Shown here one piece after another: positions 18,132 through 27,964 of a stretch of DNA of 64,000 nt. Below the pieces are notes generated by a model. It was not told where the DNA came from, searched no databases, and was given only the letters and a program-made list of their open reading frames with translations. The stretch lies in the sequence record MT968995.1, one strand, 5' to 3'. The stretch is from Escherichia phage vB_EcoM_WL-3. Position numbers and translations under genes: made by a program. Within the stretch, counting starts at the first letter, position 1. Each line of letters opens with the position of its first letter.

Positions 18132-19558
18132 TAAAATTTTAATTCATTTGCCAAAGCATCTAACTGAGCTCGAGTCGATTCGTTTCTTTGATAGCGATTC
18201 TGCTCAGCTTGTATCTGTTGTGAACCTGCTACCTCACTCACTTCAGTTGGAGTAGAATCTTGTTCAATTTCTACCCATTTCTGATTTCCTTTTTGAACAC
18301 CCATCAAAAACTTATTCCATTTATTCTTATCACCATATCGTGATTTGATTTGCTTAATAAGTTGTTGTTCAGCAGCTGCTAACTCCTCGGTTTCAATGAC
18401 CGCAAGCATAAAATCAGCTGTTGCTGGAAGACCGGCAGATTCTGCAATATCGCTCATGTTAACATCAGAAGAATCCCAAGCTTGTTTACCAACCTGTGCT
18501 GCAGTCCAAAGAACAGTTTCGGTTTCAACAGCAAGAGCACGTAATTCCTCTGCAATGGCTTTAACAGTTGTGTAACTATTTTCTGAGTAAACTCTAATGC
18601 GGCAAGATTTACAAATACCTAGATAGTCGACAATAATGATTGTTGGAACAAAATTCTTCTTGAGCTTTAATTCGTTTAAAAGCGATCGAAATGTATTAGC
18701 ATCTGCTCCACCAGTAGGATACTGTTTAACTATTAAACGACCGAGAGTAGATTTCTCGCGCCATTTTTCCATTTTTCCTTTATACTCAGCGTAAGAAATA
18801 TGCCCGTCATCAATGTCATCAAGAGAAACATCAAGCATATTAGCATCAATACGTTTAGCACAGACTTCTTCTGCCATTTCCATGGAGATATAAAGAACGT
18901 TATGACCAAGCTGTAAATAATCCGCTGCTAATGAACAAAGTCCTAATGATTTACCAACGTTAACACCAGCCATTAAAACGTTCAGTGTTCCTGTCTCAGC
19001 TCCGCCTTTAGTAATTTTGTTTAGAATTCTGAGTTTAAATGGAACTTTACGAGCTTTATTCATATAAGATAGCCAGCGTGCTTCGTAGTCATCCATCCAA
19101 TCATGACCAACGTAGCTATCAAATGAAATTGATAATGCTTGACGCATGATATCAGGAATAGCACCTACATCTGGCATTTTCTTATTTCGTTTTTCCGGAG
19201 GAAGCTCAGCATTAGTTTGAATTTCGATTATTTTAGACGTAGCATTAAACATCGCCCTTTGCTGAACATATTTTTCTGTTTCTTTTACTAACCAACTGTG
19301 GTCTTCTGGAGAATCGGCTAGTTTTGAAATAAGTGTTTTTACACCAGAATATTCTGTTTCAGTAAATGAACTATTTTCTAATGCAACATTTAACGCATTA
19401 ATAGATGGAACGCTATGGTACTCATTAACATGAGATTTAATTAATTTGAACGTATTTTTAGCTGGACCACTTTCAAAATATTCTGAATCCATATATGGCC
19501 AAACTTTTGAAAAATAAGCTTGATCAAATATGAGATGAGAAAGAATAATTTCTACCAC
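18131..19558 (-). CDS. 41: replicative DNA helicase (DnaB-like)
   Basis: 475 aa; Walker A GVNVGKS; size and position as T4 gp41. Confidence 0.9.
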   Translation of the reverse strand: MVEIILSHLIFDQAYFSKVWPYMDSEYFESGPAKNTFKLIKSHVNEYHSVPSINALNVALENSSFTETEYSGVKTLISKLADSPEDHSWLVKETEKYVQQRAMFNATSKIIEIQTNAELPPEKRNKKMPDVGAIPDIMRQALSISFDSYVGHDWMDDYEARWLSYMNKARKVPFKLRILNKITKGGAETGTLNVLMAGVNVGKSLGLCSLAADYLQLGHNVLYISMEMAEEVCAKRIDANMLDVSLDDIDDGHISYAEYKGKMEKWREKSTLGRLIVKQYPTGGADANTFRSLLNELKLKKNFVPTIIIVDYLGICKSCRIRVYSENSYTTVKAIAEELRALAVETETVLWTAAQVGKQAWDSSDVNMSDIAESAGLPATADFMLAVIETEELAAAEQQLIKQIKSRYGDKNKWNKFLMGVQKGNQKWVEIEQDSTPTEVSEVAGSQQIQAEQNRYQRNESTRAQLDALANELKF

Positions 19559-19567
19559 ACTTACTCC

Positions 19568-19930
19568 TTAAAAGAATTTAAACTTTTTCTTTGACCTTTT
19601 ATTAAATGCATCTTGTAGTTGCATTGTAATACATTTTTCTACATGAGGAGCTAACTCAGCTTTTCTTTCTTGGTCAAGAACAGCAAAGTCCATTACGACT
19701 TTTCCATCAACCCAATCTAATTTTGTCACATACACAATGTGTGTAGAACCATCTTCTAGTTTAATGACAATCTCCTGGATAACATTTTCCATGGCAGATT
19801 TAATTATCTTAAGAGACTCATTAAAAAGACGTTCTTTTCTTTCTTCTTCCCCCTCCGAAGAGGGGGATTCGTCGATAATTTCTAGATCTAAATCTAAATC
19901 ATCTTTATTCATTAAATTCTTCCATATCAC
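19568..19930 (-). CDS. 40: gp40-position protein (head vertex assembly chaperone in T4)
   Basis: 120-aa ORF between 41 and uvsX; positional assignment only. Confidence 0.5.
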   Translation of the reverse strand: MIWKNLMNKDDLDLDLEIIDESPSSEGEEERKERLFNESLKIIKSAMENVIQEIVIKLEDGSTHIVYVTKLDWVDGKVVMDFAVLDQERKAELAPHVEKCITMQLQDAFNKRSKKKFKFF

Positions 19931-21086
19931 TTAACTGTTCGAGGTCAGTTTCTAAATCAGCAGCTGATTTACTTTTACTTTCTGGAGATTTAAATTTTTC
20001 AACCTTTGAGTTAATCAATTCATCAACTTCAGCTTCAACAATTTCATTACTATCAATAGCACCTAACTGATAAGCACGTTTAATAGCATCTCGGAATGGT
20101 TGATGCTTAAATAAAGGACCCCAGAATGTAGTGCAGTTGGTATCTTTTGCACGCCAAGATTTTTCTTCGCGAATCATCTCGCCGGTTTCTTCATCAAGAA
20201 ATTCACGAGCATACCAACCATTTTTAGGTTTTACTACAAATCCTAATTCTAGAGCCATATCTAACAATCCAGAATAAGGATCAATACCACCGTCAAATTT
20301 AACATCAATAAAGAATTTACTTTTTTCTTTAACGGTACGAGATTTTTCTACATTTAGAACAAATTGATACCCCTGAAGATCAGAACCATCTTTAATCTGA
20401 CGCTTACCGATAATGAATACAGTATCAGCCGAATACATTACGCCTGTACCACCTGTCATCACGGTTTTACTAAACATTTCAATTGTTTCAATTGTATGGT
20501 TAACCGCAACACATGGAATATTTTTAATGCTAAAGTAAGGAGTAACAATACGGAATAATGACTTCAGTGATTTAGCACGAGTCATATCTGCCACAGATTT
20601 TTCATTCAAGGCATCTTCCGTTTCTTTCTTAGAAGCCATATTACCGATTGAGTCGATGAATACAATAACTTTTTCACCGCGCTCAATAGCTTCAAGCTGA
20701 TTCACCATATCAATTTTTAGCTGTTCAACTGACTGAATTGGCGTATGAATTACTCGTTCTGGGTCAACCCCCATGGATCGCAAATAAGCTGGAGTAATAC
20801 CAAATTCGCTATCATAGAATAGACAAACCGCGTCAGGATATTTGTTCAAATATGCCGCAACCATAGTCAAAGACATATTTGATTTAAAGTGTTTAGAAGG
20901 CCCTGCGAAAATAGTTAAACCAGACTGCATACCGCCATCAATCGCACCAGAAATAGCAATATTAAGCATTGGAATTTTTGTACGAATTACATCCTTTTCA
21001 TTAAAGAATTTAGATGTAGTCAGTTCAGCAGTCATTTTAGAAGTGGAAGCTTTAATCAAACGGGATTTTAAATCTGCAATAGACAT
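19905..21086 (-). CDS. uvsX: UvsX recombinase (RecA-like)
   Basis: 393 aa; RecA-fold motifs; acidic C-terminus; size and position as T4 UvsX. Confidence 0.9.
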   Translation of the reverse strand: MSIADLKSRLIKASTSKMTAELTTSKFFNEKDVIRTKIPMLNIAISGAIDGGMQSGLTIFAGPSKHFKSNMSLTMVAAYLNKYPDAVCLFYDSEFGITPAYLRSMGVDPERVIHTPIQSVEQLKIDMVNQLEAIERGEKVIVFIDSIGNMASKKETEDALNEKSVADMTRAKSLKSLFRIVTPYFSIKNIPCVAVNHTIETIEMFSKTVMTGGTGVMYSADTVFIIGKRQIKDGSDLQGYQFVLNVEKSRTVKEKSKFFIDVKFDGGIDPYSGLLDMALELGFVVKPKNGWYAREFLDEETGEMIREEKSWRAKDTNCTTFWGPLFKHQPFRDAIKRAYQLGAIDSNEIVEAEVDELINSKVEKFKSPESKSKSAADLETDLEQLSDMEEFNE

Positions 21087-21163
21087 TCATTTTTTCCATA
21101 GGCATCATTATATTTTCCTCACTGGTTAAAGATAGAGTAATTATAACACAATAAATTTAGGCA

Positions 21164-22006
21164 TTAATCAACTGCTATTGGATGAATAGCATTAAACTTA
21201 TGAAATGCTTCTGATTTTTCTTTACGCGAAACGCACATGCGAAGAACCTTTAATGGCTCGTCTTCTTCACCCAACGATTTTCGTTTTTCAATATTAGAAG
21301 TTTTCCAACGAGCTTGCTCTGGAAACTCTCTATTGATTTGCTCAAGCGCTCTATTATGTTTAGAATTACTACGAATTGAACTGCACCCTCCAGGAGCTTG
21401 TGCTTTTCCAGATACAACCAGATATTTGAACAAGGCCAAATGCGGATAACCTTGATTAATTAAATTGAGAAATGCATACATATCTTCGCACAAATCAATT
21501 TTTCCATACCCAATTTGTTCTGTCGTAAGTTTTCCAAGGTCATACCATGTATTCGTGAATCCATATGAATTTTCACGATAATTACCCCAAGATGAAGTAA
21601 TTTTAAAAATTGGTAGGCGAGCATGACCGTGATAATACCCACAATCCATGGCATCTTCGACGTATTGAATCAATTCATAGAACTGTTCACGAGTCAATTG
21701 ATTGACTTTATCCACACAACGACGATCATCTCTTTTTCGCATTGAACTCATACGAATAGTAGTATCATCGTCAATCATCCAGATTCGTTGACCTGCATAC
21801 ATATCAGTAATTGCTTTACGAGTACCGGCAATTCCATTAACATCATCAGGAATAGTTACAATTTTAGCTTTAGACCCATAGGCATCATAATAAGCTTTTT
21901 CTTCATGTTCACGTACTACGATATGAGGTTCATAATCAGTCGGAAACATATCAAGGGCAGAAACTGCCCCTACACGTTGATAGCTCGGAATTACGAATTG
22001 AATCAT
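21164..22006 (-). CDS. putative glycosyltransferase (DxD motif) in the beta-gt slot
   Basis: 280 aa with IWMIDDDTTI; not T4 beta-gt by sequence recall; position fits the T2/T6 beta-glucosyl-HMC-alpha-glucosyltransferase locus. Confidence 0.5.
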   Translation of the reverse strand: MIQFVIPSYQRVGAVSALDMFPTDYEPHIVVREHEEKAYYDAYGSKAKIVTIPDDVNGIAGTRKAITDMYAGQRIWMIDDDTTIRMSSMRKRDDRRCVDKVNQLTREQFYELIQYVEDAMDCGYYHGHARLPIFKITSSWGNYRENSYGFTNTWYDLGKLTTEQIGYGKIDLCEDMYAFLNLINQGYPHLALFKYLVVSGKAQAPGGCSSIRSNSKHNRALEQINREFPEQARWKTSNIEKRKSLGEEDEPLKVLRMCVSRKEKSEAFHKFNAIHPIAVD

Positions 22007-22644
22007 TTAAGTGCCTTACATTTGTCAAAATGGTATCTTGTCATATTTGGCCCACGTCCTTTTAGTCCGCAATGCGGACATATTTTTTCTATCAAATTAT
22101 GAGGTTTTCCTTTACGATTTTTAGACATCGTTTCTTTAATTATTTTAGCTTTTTCTACGCCAAAAATTTCTTCATAAGTTTTACCAGAATTTTCCTTGGC
22201 TCGATTTATAATTCCATATGCCTGCTCATTTTTACCATACATTGGATTACCTTCGCCTTTCATTCTTTTAGAATGATCAGGACGCTTGATTCCACGAAAG
22301 GCATTTCCGCACTTATATCTTTCTTCTGGAGATAGTTTTTTACCGTACATTCCATTTAATTTGCCTGGAAAACTTCCTCCCCATGCTTCATTCTTTAAAT
22401 TATATGAATCCGGACAATTAGCAGCATCTAAACAAGTTAAAATAATTTCTTCAACCTGTCTAAACATTGGTCCTTCATATAATATTTCTTTATTAAAGAA
22501 TTTTATTCCATATTTCTTTTTAGCATGTTGCCAAACTACACCCGAACCATCATAATTCGGGTTGTGACCATCATGACTTCCTATATACCACTTTTTAGTT
22601 TTAGGATGTTTATACTTATAAACATGTGGCACATTTACTTCCAT
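22003..22644 (-). CDS. GIY-YIG homing endonuclease (Seg-like)
   Basis: 213 aa; N-terminal HVYKY...KWYIGSH GIY-YIG-like motif plus NUMOD-like basic repeats; overlaps both neighbours. Confidence 0.65.
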   Translation of the reverse strand: MEVNVPHVYKYKHPKTKKWYIGSHDGHNPNYDGSGVVWQHAKKKYGIKFFNKEILYEGPMFRQVEEIILTCLDAANCPDSYNLKNEAWGGSFPGKLNGMYGKKLSPEERYKCGNAFRGIKRPDHSKRMKGEGNPMYGKNEQAYGIINRAKENSGKTYEEIFGVEKAKIIKETMSKNRKGKPHNLIEKICPHCGLKGRGPNMTRYHFDKCKALK

Positions 22645-23375
22645 TTTCCAGTATAATCCTTTTTAGCAATATGAGTCTCACCGGTGTTCCACCAATGGTC
22701 AACTAAATAAAACTGATTTTCGTACACATGAAGACTTCCAACGTTCCATATAATAGAACCTGCTTTATATTGCCGCGATGGGTCGCCTGCATTCAAATCA
22801 GATACTAATTTATCTAGTACGTATTTTTGCCAAGCATAATCATTACGATAGCCTGCCCAGCAATCATTGCTTCTCATGCTAACAACCGCATTGACTTTCT
22901 TATCACGAATCAGGTACTGTACTGTATTCGTACACATGAAATCTGACATACCATCTTTATTGTAGTCAAACTGCATGGATGGACGAGTATAAATCATGAT
23001 ACCACGTCGAGAATCAGGATTTTGACCAAGTTCAGCTAAACACATGTCATACTGAGCATAGTTATCTTCTGACCAGATGGCCCAACCATAATTCGAGTTA
23101 ATTTCGCCTTTAAAAGATGCTACCTGCTGCCAAATCTTTGGTGTTTCACCTGGAATATCTTTAACAAACAAACTTTGAGACTTATACCATTCAAGTTCAC
23201 GCTGAATGTATTCATCATTAAGAGCACCAAAAATAAAAGGTTCATCTGCTACAAATGATGCACCAATAATTTCAATAGTTTTAACACCGGTTTTATCAAT
23301 TACGAAATCTTTTTCCTTTAATGCAATTCCCAAATGAAGACGGATTTCTTCAACTGTCATAGAGTCATTAATCAT
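22635..23375 (-). CDS. 42: dCMP hydroxymethylase
   Basis: 246 aa; thymidylate-synthase-like fold; size and position as T4 gp42. Confidence 0.9.
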   Translation of the reverse strand: MINDSMTVEEIRLHLGIALKEKDFVIDKTGVKTIEIIGASFVADEPFIFGALNDEYIQRELEWYKSQSLFVKDIPGETPKIWQQVASFKGEINSNYGWAIWSEDNYAQYDMCLAELGQNPDSRRGIMIYTRPSMQFDYNKDGMSDFMCTNTVQYLIRDKKVNAVVSMRSNDCWAGYRNDYAWQKYVLDKLVSDLNAGDPSRQYKAGSIIWNVGSLHVYENQFYLVDHWWNTGETHIAKKDYTGKWK

Positions 23376-23528
23376 TTAAACCTCAATTGATACATTCATA
23401 TTTAACTTGTAACAGTAATAAACTCCACCCTATAATAAGCGTTGGAATCATACAAGGAACTGTTACGCTATAGTATATACTTATTATAATCATCAAGATT
23501 AAAAGCAATACTGTTATAATTTTGCTTT

Positions 23529-23780
23529 TCATTCCTTCTCTCTGATGATAATTACCTGGTTTGGTTGTGCAGACTTTTTAGTTTCACCCGCAATTGACCA
23601 AATAAATGTAATAAACCAACCAATAATTGACCAGTTAAACAGTAAAGATGTGAAAAAGATTCCTACTGTCGATTTTGACCCACGCATCAAGGCGATAAAC
23701 CATGGAAGCATGTATATAATAATAGCCAACACACCTGAAACTAAAACCATAAAAATTGAACCTGCTACTAAAGTTTCCAT
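23529..23780 (-). CDS. imm: Imm superinfection immunity membrane protein
   Basis: 83 aa, two hydrophobic segments; size and position as T4 Imm. Confidence 0.8.
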   Translation of the reverse strand: METLVAGSIFMVLVSGVLAIIIYMLPWFIALMRGSKSTVGIFFTSLLFNWSIIGWFITFIWSIAGETKKSAQPNQVIIIREKE

Positions 23781-23787
23781 GTTTTCC

Positions 23788-24168
23788 TCACTTAGTCAAA
23801 TTTTTTACACATGAATTATAAGAATTCACTACATACTCCATCGGAGCATTTTTACCAGTACGCCATTGGTAATTATTAGCCCAATTAGCCCAAAGCTCAG
23901 CGCAGTAGTTTTCAATTTTTTCTTCGCGTGTAATCACATCTGAATTACGATATGCTTGTGCAGATTCATCTGGACGAATAGCTTCGTCAAAATTCGCCTG
24001 CATTTGTTCTACTGTCTGTTTTGGAGCCTCTTTATAACACTTGACGTTAGGATTATAAAATTTGCTTGAACAGTTTACAATTTTTCCTACATCAGACTGA
24101 TTTACTACTGGTCCTTGAGCTACACATCCAGTAAGACCCAATGCAATAACCAAAATAGCGATTTTCAT
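23788..24168 (-). CDS. predicted lipoprotein (LTGC lipobox)
   Basis: N-terminus MKIAILVIALGLTGCVAQGP. Confidence 0.55.
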   Translation of the reverse strand: MKIAILVIALGLTGCVAQGPVVNQSDVGKIVNCSSKFYNPNVKCYKEAPKQTVEQMQANFDEAIRPDESAQAYRNSDVITREEKIENYCAELWANWANNYQWRTGKNAPMEYVVNSYNSCVKNLTK

Positions 24169-24178
24169 AATAATTTCC

Positions 24179-24415
24179 TCAAATACAAGTAGTAATTACT
24201 CCAGTAGTGCTTACACAGGTATTACCTAATTGAACACCCAGCGTTCCATTAGTATTCATATGAAGATTATCATCAATTTTTGTTGATACTTTACCATTCA
24301 TGTGAATAATAGTATTAGATTCAATCACATTCTGAGTGTCATTTTCAATATCAATAAATGGAACAACTGCTAATGCAACTAAACACACTGCTAAACAACC
24401 ATAAACAATTTTCAT
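24179..24415 (-). CDS. small secreted/membrane protein (79 aa from internal Met)
   Basis: track ORF extends upstream through the promoter repeat; real start likely MKIVYGCLAVCLVALAVVPF, which has an SD GGAG upstream. Confidence 0.45.
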   Translation of the reverse strand: MKIVYGCLAVCLVALAVVPFIDIENDTQNVIESNTIIHMNGKVSTKIDDNLHMNTNGTLGVQLGNTCVSTTGVITTCI

Positions 24416-24444
24416 TTTATTCTCCAAATCCGTATCAGTTGATA

Positions 24445-24505
24445 GTTGTATAGTACCATGGAAGAACAGGGATGTAAATAGTTTTGTGAAAAAATTTTTA
24501 ATGAA
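24445..24505 (-). promoter_or_regulatory. early promoter with UP element (TTTACA, 17 nt, TGGTACTAT)
   Basis: 47-bp segment 24415-24461 is identical to 51035-51081, covering the -10, 5-prime UTR and start codon. Confidence 0.55.
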
Positions 24506-24561
24506 TTTACAGGACCTAGAATCATCTATTTTTCCTAAGTATAGATTTATATTACTTGTAT

Positions 24562-24584
24562 GAAAAAGGGACCCGGAGGTCCCT
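24562..24584 (-). terminator. rho-independent terminator after gene 43
   Basis: GGGACC-CGGA-GGTCCC stem-loop followed on the minus strand by UUUUUCAU. Confidence 0.65.
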
Positions 24585-24596
24585 AGATTTATTCTA

Positions 24597-27293
24597 TCAG
24601 CCAAACAGGAAGTCTAACGAAGCTTTTTCCTCATAGTCCATACCTGCCGATTCACACATGCCCGCAAGCGGTTTAACAAACGATTTTTGGAACAAAGTTG
24701 AGTAGTCAATCCAAGACAGTACATCAGAACGAATTTCTTTTGGAAGTTCTGTGCCCGACGGCCAAGCAATACACTTGTCACCAAATGGATTTCCCTCACG
24801 TAATGGAAGAACCATTACCTTATTTCCATCCAAAATTGGAGCTACACCTAAACCGCTAACAGCTCGACGATAAGTTAGTACACCACGAATATGGAACGGG
24901 CATTTAAACCCTGGCCAACCTTTATCATCATATTTCGCTATATCGTTCGCGGTTTTTACTTCAGCAATAACTTTATAGTCAAGTTGACGATATTCTTTCT
25001 CAAAGTTCTTATAGTATTCTTGGACAGACTCTTCGCCTTCCTGAAGAATACGACGAATACTTTCTTCGAGAGCTTCTTGTACTGCTTTTGGTGTTGAACT
25101 CTGCTGAGTTTCCATACCCATGATTTTTAGATGTGGTTCAGCAAATCGCTTATCTTCCATATCATAAACGTTCAGAGCATAACGTTTTTTCGCTTTCCAA
25201 AATCCACCAACACCCTTTGAACCAAGTGGAGGGCAAGAAATAGCTTCACGGTCCATATGCATCAGATGCTCGCGGTTATTCATATAATCACATAACTCAC
25301 GATATGCAACATCAATCATAGGTTCCATCTTTTTCTTACCGAACTGATTCATGAATTCAACTAAATCATTTTGTTCTTTAAAGCGGTCAAGACCTACTTT
25401 TTCAATAACTTTATCTACACAGACATATACCGAATCAGTATCACCTGCTGCGATGAAATCTTCACCATCAGTTCCACATACTTTATTCAGATATTCATTA
25501 ATTTTACGAGCAATCCACTGAATACCAACTTGACCAAAAATTGTGATAGCAGTAGCATTTCGCAAATCATAGTAACGGAAATGAATATTACCAAGAGCAC
25601 CATAAAGACTGTTAATAAGAATTTTACGGTTCAGCTGATTTGTGTTAGCAAGTGTAGCAGCTTTTTCACATTCTTCAATCAGACTATTAAGAACAGATTC
25701 GGTGTAATTCGATAATTCGTTTAAGAAATCATCACTGAACTTAACATATCGTTCAACTTCTGGTTTAGTTGAGCAAGTCCCTGCGCCTTTCATAATAATC
25801 TTTTTAATAGCTTCGGCATTCATTTCTTCAGCGAACATTTTCTTTTTCCAATCTTTACGCTGGAAAAATACTTTAGCGATTTCCTTTGGAATGATACCTT
25901 CTTGATGCTTATCATACATCCATCCATTCGGAGAACAAGAATATTCATCACTTGGCTTAGGAGCTGTTCCTGCGATATATTCATGAATTGGATGAACTTT
26001 AAACTGTCCACGAATAGTCTCAGGACTAATGTTAACCTGACGAATAATGCTAGGATACAGAGACGTCAAGTCAAAACTCATAATGTATCGACGGGCAATC
26101 GGTTTAGGTTCAAATACAAATGCACCTGGAAAACTCTGTTTAACGTGCGAACCTTGTTGAGGAATAACCTTATGTTCACCTTTCAGTGAGTTAAAAATAA
26201 TAGCATCCCAAGTTTTAATAGGACTCATTACACCAGAAAAAGGCATTTTAGCGTAATAAGACATACTTAAAACTAGATCAATAAACCCGCGAATTTTATC
26301 AATTGCTTGAACTGATTCTACGTCAATAATGTTATAACTAATGTATCGTTGATGATTAGTCTCACGAAGTTTATTAATAGGACCATCGTACGGCAATTTA
26401 CCTTTTTTGGTTTCGTGCTGAGCAACTGATTCCAAAGAGAATGATGGCAAATTAGTAAATGCGAATTTTTTGTACAAATCTAAATAATCAAGAATAGATA
26501 CGCCATCAATAGAATAAATTTCTTTGCTACCGTACATATTTTGAATTAGTTTAGATTTTACTCGACCGATTGGAGAGAAGCGTTTCATACTACGTTCACC
26601 GAGAACCATTTTAACACGATTCATGATATACGGAACGTCAAATCCCTCAATATTCCAACCGGTAAAAATAGCAGGTCGTTTCTGTTCCCAGAGATTAATA
26701 TATTCCATGAGCATATCACGCTCATTATCGAATGGCATATAAATTACTCGGTCAAGAATTTCTTGAGGAACTTCATCACCACCTTCACAGTCAAGCTTAG
26801 CAGCTAACTTTGCATCCCATTTTGATACTGAACCGTACATTGAATTCAACAAATCAAAGACGTAAAAACGGTCGTCAATTGAATCATAATGAGTGATAGC
26901 ATCAATTTCATATTCTGCTTTCATTGGGTCAGGAAATTTATCACCAGTAACCTCAATGTCACAGTTAGCTACACGAACAAATTTTCGGTCATAAACAATT
27001 TCTGAACCATATGTATCACTGATATAAGCGAGTTTAAAATCGTTCATACCGAGAGCTTCGAGACCGATGTCTTCCATTCGTTTCATCCAATCTCGTGCAT
27101 CTTTCATTGATGGAAATTTTTGAGGAGCACAGTTTTTACCGTAAATGTCTTTGTACTTTGACTCTTCCTTACAATGCCTAAACATAGTCGGAAGATATTC
27201 TACTTCACGAGTACGTTCCTTTCCGTTTTCATCAATATAACGTTCAACAATGTTATTTCCGACTGTTTCGATAGAGATATAAAATTCTTTCAT
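24597..27293 (-). CDS. 43: DNA polymerase (family B)
   Basis: 898 aa; exonuclease and polymerase motifs including YGDTDS; size and position as T4 gp43. Confidence 0.95.
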   Translation of the reverse strand: MKEFYISIETVGNNIVERYIDENGKERTREVEYLPTMFRHCKEESKYKDIYGKNCAPQKFPSMKDARDWMKRMEDIGLEALGMNDFKLAYISDTYGSEIVYDRKFVRVANCDIEVTGDKFPDPMKAEYEIDAITHYDSIDDRFYVFDLLNSMYGSVSKWDAKLAAKLDCEGGDEVPQEILDRVIYMPFDNERDMLMEYINLWEQKRPAIFTGWNIEGFDVPYIMNRVKMVLGERSMKRFSPIGRVKSKLIQNMYGSKEIYSIDGVSILDYLDLYKKFAFTNLPSFSLESVAQHETKKGKLPYDGPINKLRETNHQRYISYNIIDVESVQAIDKIRGFIDLVLSMSYYAKMPFSGVMSPIKTWDAIIFNSLKGEHKVIPQQGSHVKQSFPGAFVFEPKPIARRYIMSFDLTSLYPSIIRQVNISPETIRGQFKVHPIHEYIAGTAPKPSDEYSCSPNGWMYDKHQEGIIPKEIAKVFFQRKDWKKKMFAEEMNAEAIKKIIMKGAGTCSTKPEVERYVKFSDDFLNELSNYTESVLNSLIEECEKAATLANTNQLNRKILINSLYGALGNIHFRYYDLRNATAITIFGQVGIQWIARKINEYLNKVCGTDGEDFIAAGDTDSVYVCVDKVIEKVGLDRFKEQNDLVEFMNQFGKKKMEPMIDVAYRELCDYMNNREHLMHMDREAISCPPLGSKGVGGFWKAKKRYALNVYDMEDKRFAEPHLKIMGMETQQSSTPKAVQEALEESIRRILQEGEESVQEYYKNFEKEYRQLDYKVIAEVKTANDIAKYDDKGWPGFKCPFHIRGVLTYRRAVSGLGVAPILDGNKVMVLPLREGNPFGDKCIAWPSGTELPKEIRSDVLSWIDYSTLFQKSFVKPLAGMCESAGMDYEEKASLDFLFG

Positions 27294-27295
27294 AG

Positions 27296-27335
27296 ATATT
27301 CCTTAGTTTATAGCCCGAGTTATTAGGCTCTTGAT
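27296..27335 (-). promoter_or_regulatory. gene 43 translational operator hairpin with SD
   Basis: minus strand AGAGCCTAATAACTCGGGCTATAAACTAAGGAATATCTATG, matching the T4 gp43 autogenous operator from recall. Confidence 0.7.
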
Positions 27336-27348
27336 ATATTATACTCCA

Positions 27349-27369
27349 AATAAGGGGCCGAAGCCCCTT
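27349..27369 (-). terminator. tetraloop hairpin (AAGGGGC-CGAA-GCCCCTT)
   Basis: 7-bp GC stem directly after the stop of the upstream small ORF. Confidence 0.5.
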
Positions 27370-27371
27370 GC

Positions 27372-27593
27372 TTAAATTAATACCATTTGTCGGTGAAAAA
27401 TTGTCAATCCATCTGCATTAATTGACTTAACCACTGCGGTAAAGTGTTTTTGTTCTGGGTGAACTAATTTTTGAAATTCTACCTGAAATTTTAGTTGGAG
27501 ATTTTCTGGTAAATCAAAAAGTGTTTCTGTTGCAGAAAGATTATATTTTTCTTTAAGAGACGCCATGTATTCTTGCGGGGTTATAGCAGTCAT
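27372..27593 (-). CDS. hypothetical protein (73 aa from MTAITPQEY)
   Basis: ORF between regA and gene 43; start trimmed to avoid overlap with regA. Confidence 0.4.
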   Translation of the reverse strand: MTAITPQEYMASLKEKYNLSATETLFDLPENLQLKFQVEFQKLVHPEQKHFTAVVKSINADGLTIFHRQMVLI

Positions 27594-27594
27594 A

Positions 27595-27963
27595 TTAATT
27601 ACCAATCGTATATTTTGGAACGAGTTTCCATTCATGTTTTTGTTTAAAAGAAATAACTCGGAAGTTATTGGTTAAATCTTTCATAAAAGTTCTTTGACCA
27701 GGAACGATTTCAATCAGTCCCCAATCTTCTAACAGCCATGCAATCGAATCACGACGAACTTCATCTTCTTCTGTCATTTCAACCTGACGACCATCCATAC
27801 GAAGCATTTCTTTAAAATGAACGATATAGTATAGTCCTTTTTTCTGAAGAATATGACAGGACTGATACAGAACTTTATCTTTATTATTAGCAATTCCCAT
27901 ACGAGTCAAAGTTTCTTTTACTTTCAGAAAATCTTCAGGTTTTTTAAGAGTAATTTCAATCAT
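27595..27963 (-). CDS. regA: RegA translational repressor
   Basis: 122 aa; size and position as T4 RegA. Confidence 0.85.
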   Translation of the reverse strand: MIEITLKKPEDFLKVKETLTRMGIANNKDKVLYQSCHILQKKGLYYIVHFKEMLRMDGRQVEMTEEDEVRRDSIAWLLEDWGLIEIVPGQRTFMKDLTNNFRVISFKQKHEWKLVPKYTIGN

Positions 27964-27964
27964 T

